Shown piece by piece: positions 25,092 through 38,332 of a DNA stretch of 64,000 nt (position 1 is its first letter; every line of letters begins with the position of its first letter). Under the pieces are notes generated by a model. That model worked only from the letters and a program-made list of their open reading frames with translations. It was not told the origin of the DNA and did no database searches. The stretch is from Monocercomonoides exilis PA203 (Eukaryota > Protista > Preaxostyla): assembly GCA_001643675.2 (NCBI GenBank), contig LSRY02000016.1, positions 1,054,001-1,118,000 of the forward strand, given 5' to 3'. The position numbers and the translations under genes were made by a program.

Positions 25092-28000
25092 ATGAATAAC
25101 GCTGTAATTTTTGACACATTACAAAAATCTTTTATTGGAGATAATGCAGTTCAAAAACAAGTTGCAGAAGAATTAAAATTAGTTTGCATTTTTAACATTT
25201 ACTCTTAATCATTATTTGTCAATGAAATTCAATTTTTGAATTAAAACGACCACACGATTGCATCATTCATTGCAGTGGAGAACAAAGCCAGATTTTTATT
25301 CATCAATGCTGCAATTTACGATGAATTCAAGCGTTGATATTCAGATTCGAAAAGCTGCAGTTATTCAACTCAAAAATCAAATAGAGCTTAATTGGAAATC
25401 AGGAGGATCAAAAGAAAGCAAAGATTATCTTAGAAATAATATTGTACATGCAATTGTTGCTGCTCCCCCTTCGATTGTCAAATTTTTGATGAGAATTCTA
25501 TTTGTAATTGCACCTTTTGACTTTCCAAAGAAATTACCAACTTTTAATGAAGCAATTATAAAATATATATCTTCTGATGATTCAAATATGATTTCTGGTG
25601 CTGTGAATTGTTTGCTGCCTTTGGCTCAGGCTTTCATGCATTGGAGTTGGAGAGATTGCAAGCCATATTTTGATCTTTTTTCTTCGCTACAGCCAAGATT
25701 AATCCAAATTTGTGAAGGAATTATCGGAGCAAAATCATTGGATCCTCTTCTTGGGTATGTGGCTAGGAAAATGTTGAAGATTTTTTATAGCACAATTAGA
25801 AGCCATTTGCCTCCATGCATATGTGAAGATGAGGCATTTAAAAAATGGATGGCTATTATTGGAGAATTTTATTCATTGGATATTCCTTTATCTGCTGTGG
25901 TGTGAATATGCTTTGCTTTGGATTTGTTCATTTCAATTTAACTTGTCAAATTCAATTATTTTTTTTCAACGATATTTCATGACTTTACGATTGAACACCT
26001 TTATAATACACATTTTTATAATAATATTTTGTTTAGCAAAATCCATCTCTTCTCAGTTCGACATCATTCTGGAGAGCGAAAAAATGGGCTGCACAGTCAC
26101 TCGATTTGATGTTCGACCGATACGGCACACCTTCAAAAGTGGGGACAAAAAGGCAAAAGGAGTTCTGCCAGAGATGGACAGCACAATATGCCTTGCCACT
26201 GCTTGATGTGACAGTCAAGCTTCTCCAAAAACACAAGCAGAGTGGAACTTTTGATGTTGTTGATTGGACACTGCTCCAAAACGGTTTGACTTCTTTTCGA
26301 TTTGTTTTTTTTTATCTGAATTTTGCATTGTTATTATATTTTTCCCCCCCCTCCTTCTTTTTTTTTCCGCTTTCTTTCTTCTTTCATCTTCTTTCCTTCT
26401 TCCTTCTTCTTTCATTGCTCAGCCACATCCTCCTCTCCTCTCCCCATGTTTATGACTCCCAAAGTGCTCGTGCCAATGTTGGAGATTCTTCTCAGAGGAA
26501 CAACTCATCGGTGCTTTTATGTGCCTATTTTGAGGCCGCAGCTGCTGACTTTGTTTAACGACATCATCTTCCCCACACTCAGATTGCAGCAGCCAGAGCT
26601 GGAGAGATGGGACGACGCAGGTTGGATTTTTGATATTTCTCCTGCTTTTTTTGAAAAGATAATGAAAATGTTCTTATAAAAAAAAATTGAATAAAAATTG
26701 TATTGACCTTATTCATACGATTTTTCATTCAATATCTTCAACTTGCTTTTCTTGTGTTTTTTTTTCTTTTGTTTTCATTTTCTAATTCCTTCAGCTTTAA
26801 CATCAGCACAAACGCTGTCACAGATGGAGTCTGACAGAGATTACGTTCTGTTTGTGGAAGAATCCGACAGAAGTCTTTTCTCATCTCGTTATGCCTCCTC
26901 CAGACTTCTCAAGGCGCTTCTGTCAAATTTTCCACGCTCAGCCGTGCCTGTCCTGACATCTGCACTGGGAGCTGCTCTTGTCTCTCTCTCATCCTCAACT
27001 TCTTCTCCTTCTTCTCCTTCTGCATCTCCATCTTCTCCTTCAACACAATCACAACTGTGGCTTCAGATGGATGCTGCCCTGACTGTCCTTGGCATCTCTT
27101 CCACCGCGTTGATCGCATCGCAGCCCGCTCAGCAGCTAGAGGGAATTTTGAGTCAGTTTGTGCTGCCAACACTGGAGTCTCCTGAGCCACGGCTGCGAAT
27201 CAGAGGCTGTTGGTGCCTGTCCTGCTTTGTGGCGAGGATGAAATTCACGATGAACACATCCACACAGTCTGGTTATCCGCCGCTTGTTGATGCCATTGTC
27301 ACAGGAATCATGAAGTGCTTCAACGACAGCCGGTTTGCTGTGAAGATGCATGCAATCTTCGCAATTCCGGATCTGCTGGCAATCAAACAAAACACATCGC
27401 AATCACTTGCATCTTCTTCTTCCTTTGCAACTTCCTCAACAACTCCAGTTCAATTGCACCCTCTTCTCCTTCAAAACGCCTCTGTGATTGTCACTCAGCT
27501 TATGCAGATTCTTCCCTTGATGAGCGAAAGTGAAGATCTGTTGGAGTCCATTCAATCGATCATAACCACTTTCTCTGCAACTCTTCGCCCAACTGCACCT
27601 TTCTTGTTCGCTTCTCTGTGCCTCGCCTGGCTCCGGGCGCTGTTCAAAGCACAGAGGTGGAACGTGGCTTTAACTCCTTCTACAGGCCAAGCTGCAACAG
27701 CAGCGGCATCGTCTTCGTATTCTGCTGGTTTTCCTTCTATTGGTGGCGGAAGTGCTCAACAGGGAACAGCATTCATTTCGTGTGTGGCTGATGGAGACAC
27801 TGCTCAAAGTGGAAGGAAGCTGATATCGCTCAACCGGAAGGAAGCAATGCTTCTGCAGCATTTAAGCACACAGATGAGTGAGAAGTGCGCAGCGTGCGGA
27901 GTTGACCAACTGACACTTGGACAGAACATCTTTCAATCGCCTTCCTCCTCCTCTTCTTCATCTTCTTTTTCATTCGGAACAGAAGACTCCAGCTCATCCG

Positions 28001-30675
28001 CAGCAAACTCGAGCTATGCACCGTATCTGCTGCTGGATGCGATCAAGCTGCTGTGTGAGGTGTTCGAAACAGACGTGGCTATTCAAGAGCAGTTTGCAAC
28101 CATTGCAGCGCCTGCTGCCTCGCTTGTGATGGCTGTGAGTGCCCTCACAAACGGAATCACCCTCAACTCCTTTTTGAGCTCTGTGCATTCAGTCTCCCCG
28201 CAGATGTTCTGTGTCCTGCAGCGGCAGAAGCAGTCGAGTCTGAGCAACTCTGCACAGATCCGCTCAGACGACTCGCTGATGTTTCCTGACACAGTAATCA
28301 CGCTCCTCTCCCTCTTCACCAACAACCACATCGCCCTTTCGTCCGCCTCTGTCTCGCTGTTGCTCTTGCCTGTGGTCAAAGCACTCACTCAGATTGCGTC
28401 TTTGCCTGGTGCAAACACACTCTGCGACTCACTGGCAATCATTCGCCACTGGCTGCTCCACTCTCCGCAGGTGCTTGTTCTCCCTGTGCAGTCTATTTGG
28501 GACCAGGCTGCTTCGATTGATTCGGCTCAATTGCAGTCACAGCAATCAGGGGAAGTACAAATAACGTCGTTTGGGGGATTGCCTTCTCCGCAGCTGCCTT
28601 CGTCGACAATCTTGTTTGATCTCGTCAAAGTGTGTGTGAACTTCATTACGAGCGAGGACGATTTCAGCTGTGCTGTTGGCTGCTCGCTGCTCCGCCTCGT
28701 TTTGGTTGCATCTCGTTCATTTCCTGCTCCATCTTCATCAACATCTTCTCCTTCTCCAGCTGATGGAGGAGCAAAGTCTGCCACTTCATCTGTGCTAACA
28801 CCTGTCATTCCACTTCTTGTGAACTGCTTGTGGGATCGTCTGGACGCAGAGCTGGTGAATGCGGTGAATGTGTGGATGAAAGAAGAAAAGAAGAAGAAGA
28901 AGAAGCAAATTAAGAGACAAAAGAAGGGGAAAACAGGTTTGAATCGAATTTTTTTTTTATTCTTTTTTCAATTATTTGAATTATCAATGATTCACTTTTG
29001 TCTATCTCTTTTATCAAAAAATTATTTTTTGTAAAATATATTTTCAACGACACTCCACTTTTCATTGTCACAATCATTCATTATTTCCATATTTTCTATT
29101 TCTTTCTTTCTTTCTTTCTTTTTTCCAGTTGTGAATCCTCCAAGTGAAGTTCAAGCGCCTTCATTGACTTCTCTTTTGAATGACGTGCTTTCCTGGTCTC
29201 TTCCTGGGAAAGTGCTTGTGATCGATCTGATTATGCTGCTGTATGCAGACGCACACTCCACACTGAGTCACCTCATTGCGTTATCTCGTTCTCCTCTTCC
29301 CCCGTTTCTTCTACAAACATCCACACCTTCTTCTTCCTCCTCCTCTTCCTCTTCTTCTTCACCACAAGCAGCAATCACAACAGTTCTCAACTCTCCGCCT
29401 TCTTCCATTCTCACTTCATTCTTATCCATCCTTTTTGAGGGCGTTCAGGTCTACAAAGGTGTTTCTTCTCGCCGCTGTGTCTGTCTTTCTCTCTCTTCCA
29501 TCTATCAGCTCCCTCCTCTTTCCTCTTTTGCTCTTGTCGGTTCTTCCGCTGTGCCAACGCCAGATGAGAAAAATGTCATTTTAATCGCTCAAAAGAATGC
29601 TTTGCCTGTTCTTGTCAAACTGCTTCAGACACTTCACAAAGTGGAGCTCAACAGAATTAGGAAAAAGGGAATTGAAAGAGTCAGAGCTTCCAAAATGGCT
29701 GAGAAGAAGAAGGAGAAAGAGGCTGCTTCTGCTTCTGCTTCTGCTTCTCTCGCTTCTGCTTCTTCTGCCACTGCAACTGAAAGCGTCCAGTTATGTTTCA
29801 ATGAAGATTCGCCCTTGACACTAGTGGATGAAGACTTCACAGCCATCACACGAGCACTAATGCAGCGTGCGAAGCTGCTGGGCGATGCATTTGACGGTGG
29901 GGTGGATGTCGACGATGAAGATGCAGAACTCAACGAGGAAGGAAGTGACATGGATGATGATGATGACGATGACGACGAAGATGATGAGGGTGAGTTTGGA
30001 TTTGCTGGAGCAATGACTTCTTCCGCTCAACCTTCACAAACATCAGCCGTTGGAGGAGCAGCAGAAGGCAACCAATTTGCCAGTGGATTCCGCACTCAAG
30101 GAGAGCTCTTCACGATGATGGTGAGGCTGAATGAGATGACAGGGCTAGGGATGGATGGGCTGGGAGATGACGATGAGGAGGAAGATGGAGAAGGAGGAGG
30201 AAAAGGAACACATGGCGATGGCTTTGATGATGACGATGACTTTAACGTTGATGATGACTCTTGTGGCGATGATGATGATGATTTTCTGCAAGAAAAGGAC
30301 AGAGATGGGAGAAACAGCTGCTGGGTGAGCGATGAAGAGATGAAAAATGACATTGCGCAGATTGACGCTTGGCTAAATGCTTTTACTCAAACTTCTCCTT
30401 TTGGCCTACCAACACTTCCCGCTCTTCCTGGTTCCTCTACCACACCTTCATCCACTTCAACATCAGCATCTTCACCCGTTGCATCACAACCGCCTCCTCC
30501 TTCAGTGCTTACGTTACTGGATCCCATTGTGCTCACCGCCAAATCTTGGAGTCAATTCACTTCATCAGCTGAAGGTCAAACAGTTTTCTCGCAAATTCTG
30601 GCTCAACTTGATCCCCAAACACAGCAAGTTGCCCAGTGTCTGATGCAAGAGGGAAAGAAGAGAGCGGCATCTTGA
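25092..30675 (+). CDS. Importin-beta family karyopherin, importin-7/8 (Nmd5/Sxm1)-like, multi-exon
   Basis: IBN_N-like IRKAAVIQLKNQIELNW, APFDFP, FWRAKKWA...DRYGTP, IIFPTL...ELERWDD, LRIRGCWCL, and a C-terminal acidic loop. GT-AG introns at ~25182, 25900, 26284, 26620, 28937. Confidence 0.8.
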
Positions 30676-30846
30676 AGTTGAGCTTTGCTTTGCGAACATT
30701 GGATTTTTAGTATTTAATATAATTATGATACAAAGATCATTTCGCACCAGCAAATTTTCTCTTTCTTTTTAAAAAAATGTTGAAATGAAAATGAATGATT
30801 CCGAATCTGTTTTGGAATACGTTTGTTATATTTCTAAAATAAAGTT

Positions 30847-31184
30847 TCATAATTGTTTTTTTGTTTCTTTCTCGTTTGCAGAAATTGATGAAGAAGGCGT
30901 TTGATTTTTCATTTCTTGAAAAAGTGAAGAATTTTTCAAAGAGTGCATAAACCTGAATAAATTAAAATAAAATAAAATCTCTTCTGTGAACAATAAAGCA
31001 TATATTTGTCAAATGAATACCATATCCAAGACAGAATGAACAGAACACCAAGAATTGACATAATTAAAACATGGACGTTCATTTGTCCGCTTTGCACAGC
31101 TGAAAATGATAGAAGCAAAAATGAAATGATAATTCCAACAAATGTGAATGCTAATAATTTCACTGCCTTTGAACTTGAGTCCAT
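30847..31184 (-). CDS. Small two-TM protein, Pkr1-like (ER V-ATPase assembly factor); 2 exons
   Basis: Spliced TM1-NVHVLIMSILGVLFILSWIW|FMHSL...EKETKKQL* resembles Pkr1 'NIHF...LW..IWF..EL' followed by a charged tail. Confidence 0.55.
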
Positions 31185-31425
31185 ATAATAAAATAACGAA
31201 AAATTATGAATTCAAACTTTAATCCCGGCTTAAAGACGGTAAATATCCAAGGAATGTTTGAATCATTATCTTTTCTTTCTTTTTCATCCTTTATCTCTTT
31301 CTTTTTTCCTTGACTCATTGAAAAAGAATGAAAATAAATTATTAAAATATTATTTTAAGGGAAGTGAAAAGAATTATCTCAACAAAGAAAAAAGTTCCAA
31401 AATACAAAAAATACACTCAACAGAA

Positions 31426-34400
31426 TTAGAGCAAAAATGATTCATATTCAGGGTCAGAAGGACCAACAAAGTCCAATGAAATTGAGTTCACCATCGATTC
31501 ACCACACCAAGGGCAATCAGAAGAGACGAGGTTATCCAACTCTTCGTAAAGAATATTAGCTGGAAGCGACAATGCAGCAGACGGAGTCAAAGCTGGAGCA
31601 GCTTGAAATGGAGGAGAAGAATCCTGTGTGGATCCAGATGATAATGCAGAAGAAGAAGAAGAAGAAGAAGAAGAGGAAGAGGAAGAAGAAGAGAAAAGAG
31701 CAGATCTTGCATCGCGCTGAGGAGAAGGCTGGGCGAGGAAAGGAGAAAGGATGGTGTTGACAGTGCGGGCGAGGGTGTGCTTCTGAATAGGAGTGGAGTT
31801 GTCGAAGAGCGTCATCAGGGCGCAGTTGGCGTGAAATGAATGGCCGCAGGGGAAGCAGTAGATGCCTGTGAGGAGCACAGGAGACGAAGACGAAGAAGAA
31901 GAAGAAGAGAAAGAAGAAGAGCGGAGGTTGCGCTGAGCCGCGTTCTGAGGCAGAATCAGTGGCGGTGGCTGCTCTGAAAGCAGGCGCTGGCACCGCCTGC
32001 ACTGTGAGGCAGTGGTGATAACAGTGTGTCTGCTTGTTTGGAGTGTCTCTATTTCCTTTCTGATTTGCTGTCTTGCTTCAGCATGTTCGTGTATTTCAGC
32101 CATCAAATCTTTAGCCTCTTTCTCTGATTCCCTCAGCGACTCTTCGATTTCCTGTCTGAAGTCGTCGATGCAGAAGAAATCGGGGAAATATGGAAGCACA
32201 TCCACCAGGGCAAGCTGCAGATCGGATGATTCGCTTCGCAGTTGCATGCACTGTGATAGGATCTCATGCACAAGAGAAGATGAGACTTGCTTTTGCTCTC
32301 CTCCGCCAGAAGAAGAAGAGCTGCTTGGAATACCCTTCATCTTCAGACTCACCATGTGTTTCGCAATGGTAATCCACAGCCTCTGGAACGAAGCAGGGTC
32401 TGTGTGATTGAGCGCTGAGTGAGCAGCCTTCTTTGCGAGGTCGAAATCGACAGTGAGTGCGAGCTCAACTGCCTCGTCAAACAGGCCCAGGATGATGTAC
32501 ACATGCACAGCTGCTGCATGCCTTTTCTCCTGTGTGCAGACACGCAAGGCATATCTTGCATCAAAACACCTCAACTCCTCTGGCCGTGTGATGAAGTCGA
32601 TCAGCGGCTCGTCTTCAGCTGAGCGCGCGAGCAACAAGATGTAAAAATTGTGCACTTCTTGCTGTGTGCACTTCCTCTGCTCAATCACCCAGTCCAAATA
32701 GCGCAGCGCCACGTTGTTTCTCCATTGATCGCGCGGAGGAGAACGATAGAGCGAGAGCGAGGGAAGCAGCTTGACGGGGTCTAACCCTCTGTTCTGCGTC
32801 ACTTGCTGCCAGCGGAAGATCAGCTTGTCTGGAATGTGCCTGATCAATGCGGGTGAGAACGTGTAAAATAGATCGGCTTCTCCTTTCACATACATCACAA
32901 ACAGCGCCTCGGGATACATTCCCCGGGTGATAAACTGCTCAATCAGTGTCTGTGTGTCCTTTGCGTCTTCTGCAAAATCCGCCAGCTCGTCCAAAGCACC
33001 ATGTGCTGTGAGCATCCCGTAAATGACGCTTTTGTTGAGCAGCTTTTCGTTGTTCTTCAGAAACTGCATCAGATTCTTCTCATCTTCGTCCTGATATTCC
33101 TCCTCTTTCTCTCCTTCGTTTCCAAACGCATCTCCACTCGCCTTAATCTTCCCCGTTCTCACCAGCTCCTCTTTCCTCAGCTGCTCCAGCTTCTTCGTGA
33201 TCTTGTTCTTCCTCTGCGTCACCACCGGCAGCAACCCCGTTTTACTCCCCGATCCATCTCCTGCAATTCCCAGCCCTGCTCCAATCACACCCATCCGCGA
33301 CCGCCTCGCCCTGTTCGCTGCCATCTTGTCCAGATACAGCCCCACAATCCACGTTCCCAGCAGCGACGACGCAATCTTCTCCGACGGCTGCAGCGAGCGG
33401 TGCTTCTCCTCCACAAACGTAAAAAGCGCGTCCCATCTGCCCAGTCTGATGAATGAAAGCGCAGCCTCTTCGAACTCGCGCCCGGACTTTCCCCATCGCG
33501 TGGCGGCGTCGATGTAGTCCCCCTCAGCAAAGGAGCATTGTCCTTTGATCACATGAATCAGGTTCCTTTGTGCTTCTGTCGTGCAGCTGCCGAGCGACTG
33601 CTGGAAGAGAGCGTTGATGCGTGCTGTCACTGACTCGGGGAGCAGGCGACGGAGGAGAGAGGACGAAATGTGCTTTGAGGAAGAGGAAGAAGAGGAGGAG
33701 GATGAGTTAGAAGCAAAAGATGAGGAAGAGGAAGGAACAATTGACGATGCTGATGCTGAAGAAGAGGAAGGTGAGGCAGAAGAAGACGAAGAAGAAGAAG
33801 AAGAGCCTTTCCCTCTGTCGTCTCCATCGCCAATCGCCTTCGACGACTTGCTTCTCAGCACAGACTTCGCTGCCTGCATGGCCTGCCCGTGGAGTGCGAC
33901 AGCTTTGCTCAGGTAGATCGCCCAGTTGTCTCTGTTCTCGTCGTCGATCACCACGCTGTACACATACGCCCCGTCGCACACGTAGATCTCTCTCGTCACA
34001 GGATCGGTGCAGATGCCTGTGAACTGGATCTTCTCTGCTGTCGGGTCGCTGTCTGTGTTGTTGTCCTCGTCTCCGTCGTGCTCGTCGTCCACAGAGCCGT
34101 CAAACCCTTCACCGTCGTCGCTGCCTCTGCCTCTTCTGCCCATCCCCCCCATCCCTCCCAGGCCAGCATCCGTCTCATCTCCGTCTCTCTCTCCCCTCTC
34201 CATCGCATCGCGCTTCCGGCGGCGCCACTTGTCTCTGGGGTTCTTGTGCAGCGAGCACACTTTGATGCGCGTGAGAACTGGGTCAGGTAAACCAGGGTGA
34301 TCAACGTAGTGCATCACAGGCGCCTCTTCCTCCACGATGTCTGCCGACAGATGCGACCAGACCTGCAGGCGATCATCGTAAAGCACTAAGAAATGCGACT

Positions 34401-36092
34401 CAGTCGCTGCGATGCCGATGGGGAACGGGTACTGAATGACGTCAGAAAAGGTGCCGAAGGGATGTCTGTGGAAGGAGACAGCTCTGTCTGGCGGCGCGAA
34501 ACGTGCTTCAGAGGAGAGCGTAGTGGGCGGGAGGGTTGTGTGGAAGATTCCCGCAGTGGTCATCCAGCCGTACCATTTGGGGCGCACGATGCAGTGGTTG
34601 GAGGACTGGCTGCGGATCAAGAGTCCGCCGATGGCGATGTCCCCGGGAAGGCCGATGATGTCTTCGGCGTGTTTGGCTGATGTGGTAATTTATTTATTTA
34701 TTTATTTATTTGTTTTTTAGAAAAAAAGAAAGAAAGAAATAATAAGCGATGAGAAAGAGATAGATGTAGATGGAATTGCAATTTGGTGCAAAAGAAGAGA
34801 ATGGATCGTTGGCGATATATACAAATATATATATATAAACATATAAAATAATAGAAAAATATAAAGAATTAATCAGTGAATGAATGAATTCAAAGAAAGC
34901 AAAGTTGATGAAATTGAACAAAAATAAACAAGAAAAAAAAATAATAATAAATTTGATTATTTTTTATTATTATTATGAAAAAGCTTCATCATCATTAATA
35001 ATTAATGAGTGCAACAAAAAGTCATTCGATTATTGAAATACACACTTCTCACAGGAACATTAATTGGATGACCGCCCAGTTGAAACCCATTTGTTGCGTC
35101 TCTAATCAGCTCTATCTGCTTCACTGGCGTTGACACAAGCACAACTTGCCTGATTTTGTCACCTTTCACATCTGTTACTCCATCAATGCAGGAAACTGGT
35201 GCATTTCCAAGTGAGGATGGCCCAAGAACAATATTTGGTTCTTGTTTTCTTCCATCAACCGTTGTTTCCAGCACTCGCCCGTCTGCTGTTCCAATCAATA
35301 GATTCCAATTTGTTCCCTTAACTGGCATAGAAGTCCCATGAAGTGGCCCCACAAGCCCCTTTCCTGATTCTGGAGTTTTCGGTGGCAAAGGCGAGAGAAA
35401 TGCCATTGAAGAAATTACAAATACCCAAGACTTAATAATTTTAGCAGAAGGCGATTTTGCTTTGCAATCAATAAAATAGTTATCTCCATTGTTCGCTGTG
35501 ACAAAAATTATAGTGCCAGTTGGGTCAACAAAGCATTTTTTAAGTTCAAGGTTTGGAAGCCTTGTTGAAACAGGATATACTACATATGAGTTGTTTTTTT
35601 TAAAAAATATTTTCAATCATTATTCAAAAAAAAAAGTATATGAATAAAAACAAACAATCATAAATCGCTGTTCCAACAGTCCAACGAATAATTCTTTTCC
35701 CTTGAAGCAGCACCACATAATCATTTGCAGCTGTACAATATTTCAGTGGTCCTCCAGATTCAGGATCTTTGTCAGGAATAGGTTTTGAGAACTTAGTTAT
35801 TGTTTTAAAAAAATGAAAAAAATGAGCTGAATTCCAATATGTAAAAGCTCAAACATCTGTTCTATATAAAGAAAATTTTGGCTTCAACTCTGTTATTATA
35901 TTTTGAGGTTCAAGAAGAGCATCAGAAAAACCCTTTCAAAAGCAAAAAACGAATATTTGAATATACGATATACAACTAAATGAAGCAAACGACATTTTCC
36001 GCATCATCGTGAAGATCTGTAAGATGAGTAGGCTCTTGCTCGGGAAGTGGAGTATCCCAAGAAAAGAAGTCTGGACGAGGATCAAAAGACAT
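31426..36092 (-). CDS. VPS18: Vacuolar protein sorting 18 (Pep3; HOPS/CORVET core), multi-exon
   Basis: FVDPTG beta-propeller start, WMTTAGIFH, IAATESHFLVLY, DENRDNWAIYL, FEEAALSF, LGTWIVGLYL, FDARYALRVC, LWITIAKH, DVLPYFPDF..IDDFRQEI, and a C-terminal RING (CxxC...FPCGHSFHANC...CPWCG). ATG at 36092. Confidence 0.92.
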
Positions 36093-36133
36093 CAAAGTTT
36101 TATAAAGGTATAAGATCTTTTTTAAAATGAAAT

Positions 36134-38239
36134 ATGAGCCTTTGCGCAAACAGATGTGACAGAGAGCAGAAAAGAAAAGAAAGCTTCAGTCAAGGTAATA
36201 ATTGTTTATGTAGAAATTTGATAAAGGAGATTTCTTTTGTTCGATAAGATTCATCAATTTCTGTTCAGTTAAATTTGAAGAAAGCAAGAAATTTTTGCAT
36301 TCGAGAGATCTCACGCAAAGATAAATTGAATGAAAAGAGATTTTGTAATTCGATGTGCGAACTCAAAGATTGTGAAATTTCCGAAATGCAATTTGTTTGA
36401 AATAAATTGACCTTTTTTGCGAATTGATCTTTTAAAAAAACTTAAACGTGTTTTTTCATTCATACAGATGAATGAACTTCCAAGTATTTTGATGTCATTA
36501 GAAAGCGGAAACGATGAATCGTCTCTTTTTGCTTTGGAACGGATTAAAAGTGCATTTATGAATGGTTTGTTTTTCAATCGTTATCAAACTTAATTTATCA
36601 AAAAATATAAAAAAAAATATTGAAAAGATTTGATAATAACTCATTATCAAAATTACGGAATACTTGCACCTATGATTCATCTTTTAAATCGAACAAATTC
36701 TTCATCAATTATTACTTCATGCTCTCAAATTCTACTTTGCTTATCGACTATTTCTCCTACACCATCTGAATTACTTGAAGATTCAGAGGTTTTTGTGTTT
36801 TTACTCAACTTGCTACTGTCTCAAGACTCTTTGCAGCATGAAATAGCATGCTATACAATGGGAAATCTAATTCAAAACGATGAAAAAAAGATTAAAAAAG
36901 CAATATCAAAGGGGTTGAGGGATGGTTTAAAAAAGAACTACGATTTTCTATTGAAGCATTCTTGCAGTACATTTCTTTCTTGTGAAGATTCTTTGCATTA
37001 TGCGAAAAGCACAGTCTATCTTTTAAGCACAATATCGAGATACATAATGGATAATGATTTTCAATGTGTTTCTATGAACTTTCTATGCGAAACATTGAAG
37101 ATTCTGAGATCAAGTAATTCATTAGAAATGGAAAGAATGCATAGTTCTATTGATTACAGTGATTCAGCGGAAGAGTCTGACGATTCTATCGTTGTGAATG
37201 ATGTCTGTTGCTCAATATCATCAATCTGCAGGAACGGAGTGGAATTTCCTGATCAAGACAATCTTTTATTGGAGCTCATGCATCTCATGCAGTTTGCATT
37301 GTTTCTTATATTCTTTTATTTTGTTATTTGAAAATTGACAAAATTTTATGTATTCACATGATATAACATTTTTGTGTGTATTTTAGAGTCACATCGATTG
37401 CAAACACAATAAATGCAATTGATGCAATTGTTGACATTGTTGAGAATGCAAAAAAGCCATTTTCGCCTATCGTTTCGATGAAATTGGTTAATGCTTCGCT
37501 GTGGATCGTGAATAGTTCTCTTGTTAATTCAGCTGTTAGGAGTGCAATGATTTATGTTTATCGACGAATAGCTGAAACTCAGTATGAAAGCTGTTGTTTG
37601 ATGGCAAAACTTCGGATATGGGATGAATTAGGTCGTGAAATTACGGATGAAGACTTTTCAGTGAGCATCGAGGCTCTTCAACTGACATGTGTACTCCTTT
37701 CGAGTTTAGCAAAGTTTAATCCAGATTTTGGAGAATCTTCATCAAAGGCAACTTCATCTTCCGCAACTGAAGAGCCAACCGTCTCGTATTTGTTGAGTCA
37801 GTGTCGATCCATTGAATCCAGTTGCTTGATAAACTCAGTCGAACATGCGCTTGATTCAGCAAGTTGCCAGATTCAGCACTTAACTTTGGATGTATTAGCA
37901 GCGTTGTTCGCATTATGTTCAATGGAAGTTCAAGTAATTTCCCTTCAAACATCAGTTTTCTCTTGTGCAACAAAAACTTGTTGCAAAAGATGTTCCTTAA
38001 AATTGGCATTAAGTGAATCAGCTGTTCTTGATAAGCTGAAGCTGCTGGTTTCTACGCACAAAAATGATACACTTCAAAAGCACGCTTCAGATGTTTTGGA
38101 AAACTCTTCGAAATGGACAATAAAAAGCAATGAGGAGTTTAGAGATAACGAAGCTTCTGAGCCTTCAGTCGATTCTGTAAGTTCAGACATCAAAATGGAA
38201 GAAGATATAACGTCAAACACATACAACTCTACAAATTAG
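36134..38239 (+). CDS. Armadillo-repeat protein, divergent importin-alpha-like; multi-exon
   Basis: Spliced N-terminus with a basic IBB-like stretch (REQKRKESF...REISRKDKLNEKRF). ARM-like LLNLLLSQDSLQHEIACYTMGNL and AVLDKLKLLVSTHKNDTLQKHASDVLE. Confidence 0.6.
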
Positions 38240-38332
38240 AGTTTATTTGATTTTTATTGATTTTCTTGATTTTTCTCACAAAAAGCTCATGGCTTAAATC
38301 AAAGATAACTTTTTAAAAGTAATTAAAAATTA

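Noticed and set aside
11048-34720. Many overlapping and antisense ORFs (poly-L/K/F/E)
   Set aside because: Shadow frames of low-complexity coding sequence.
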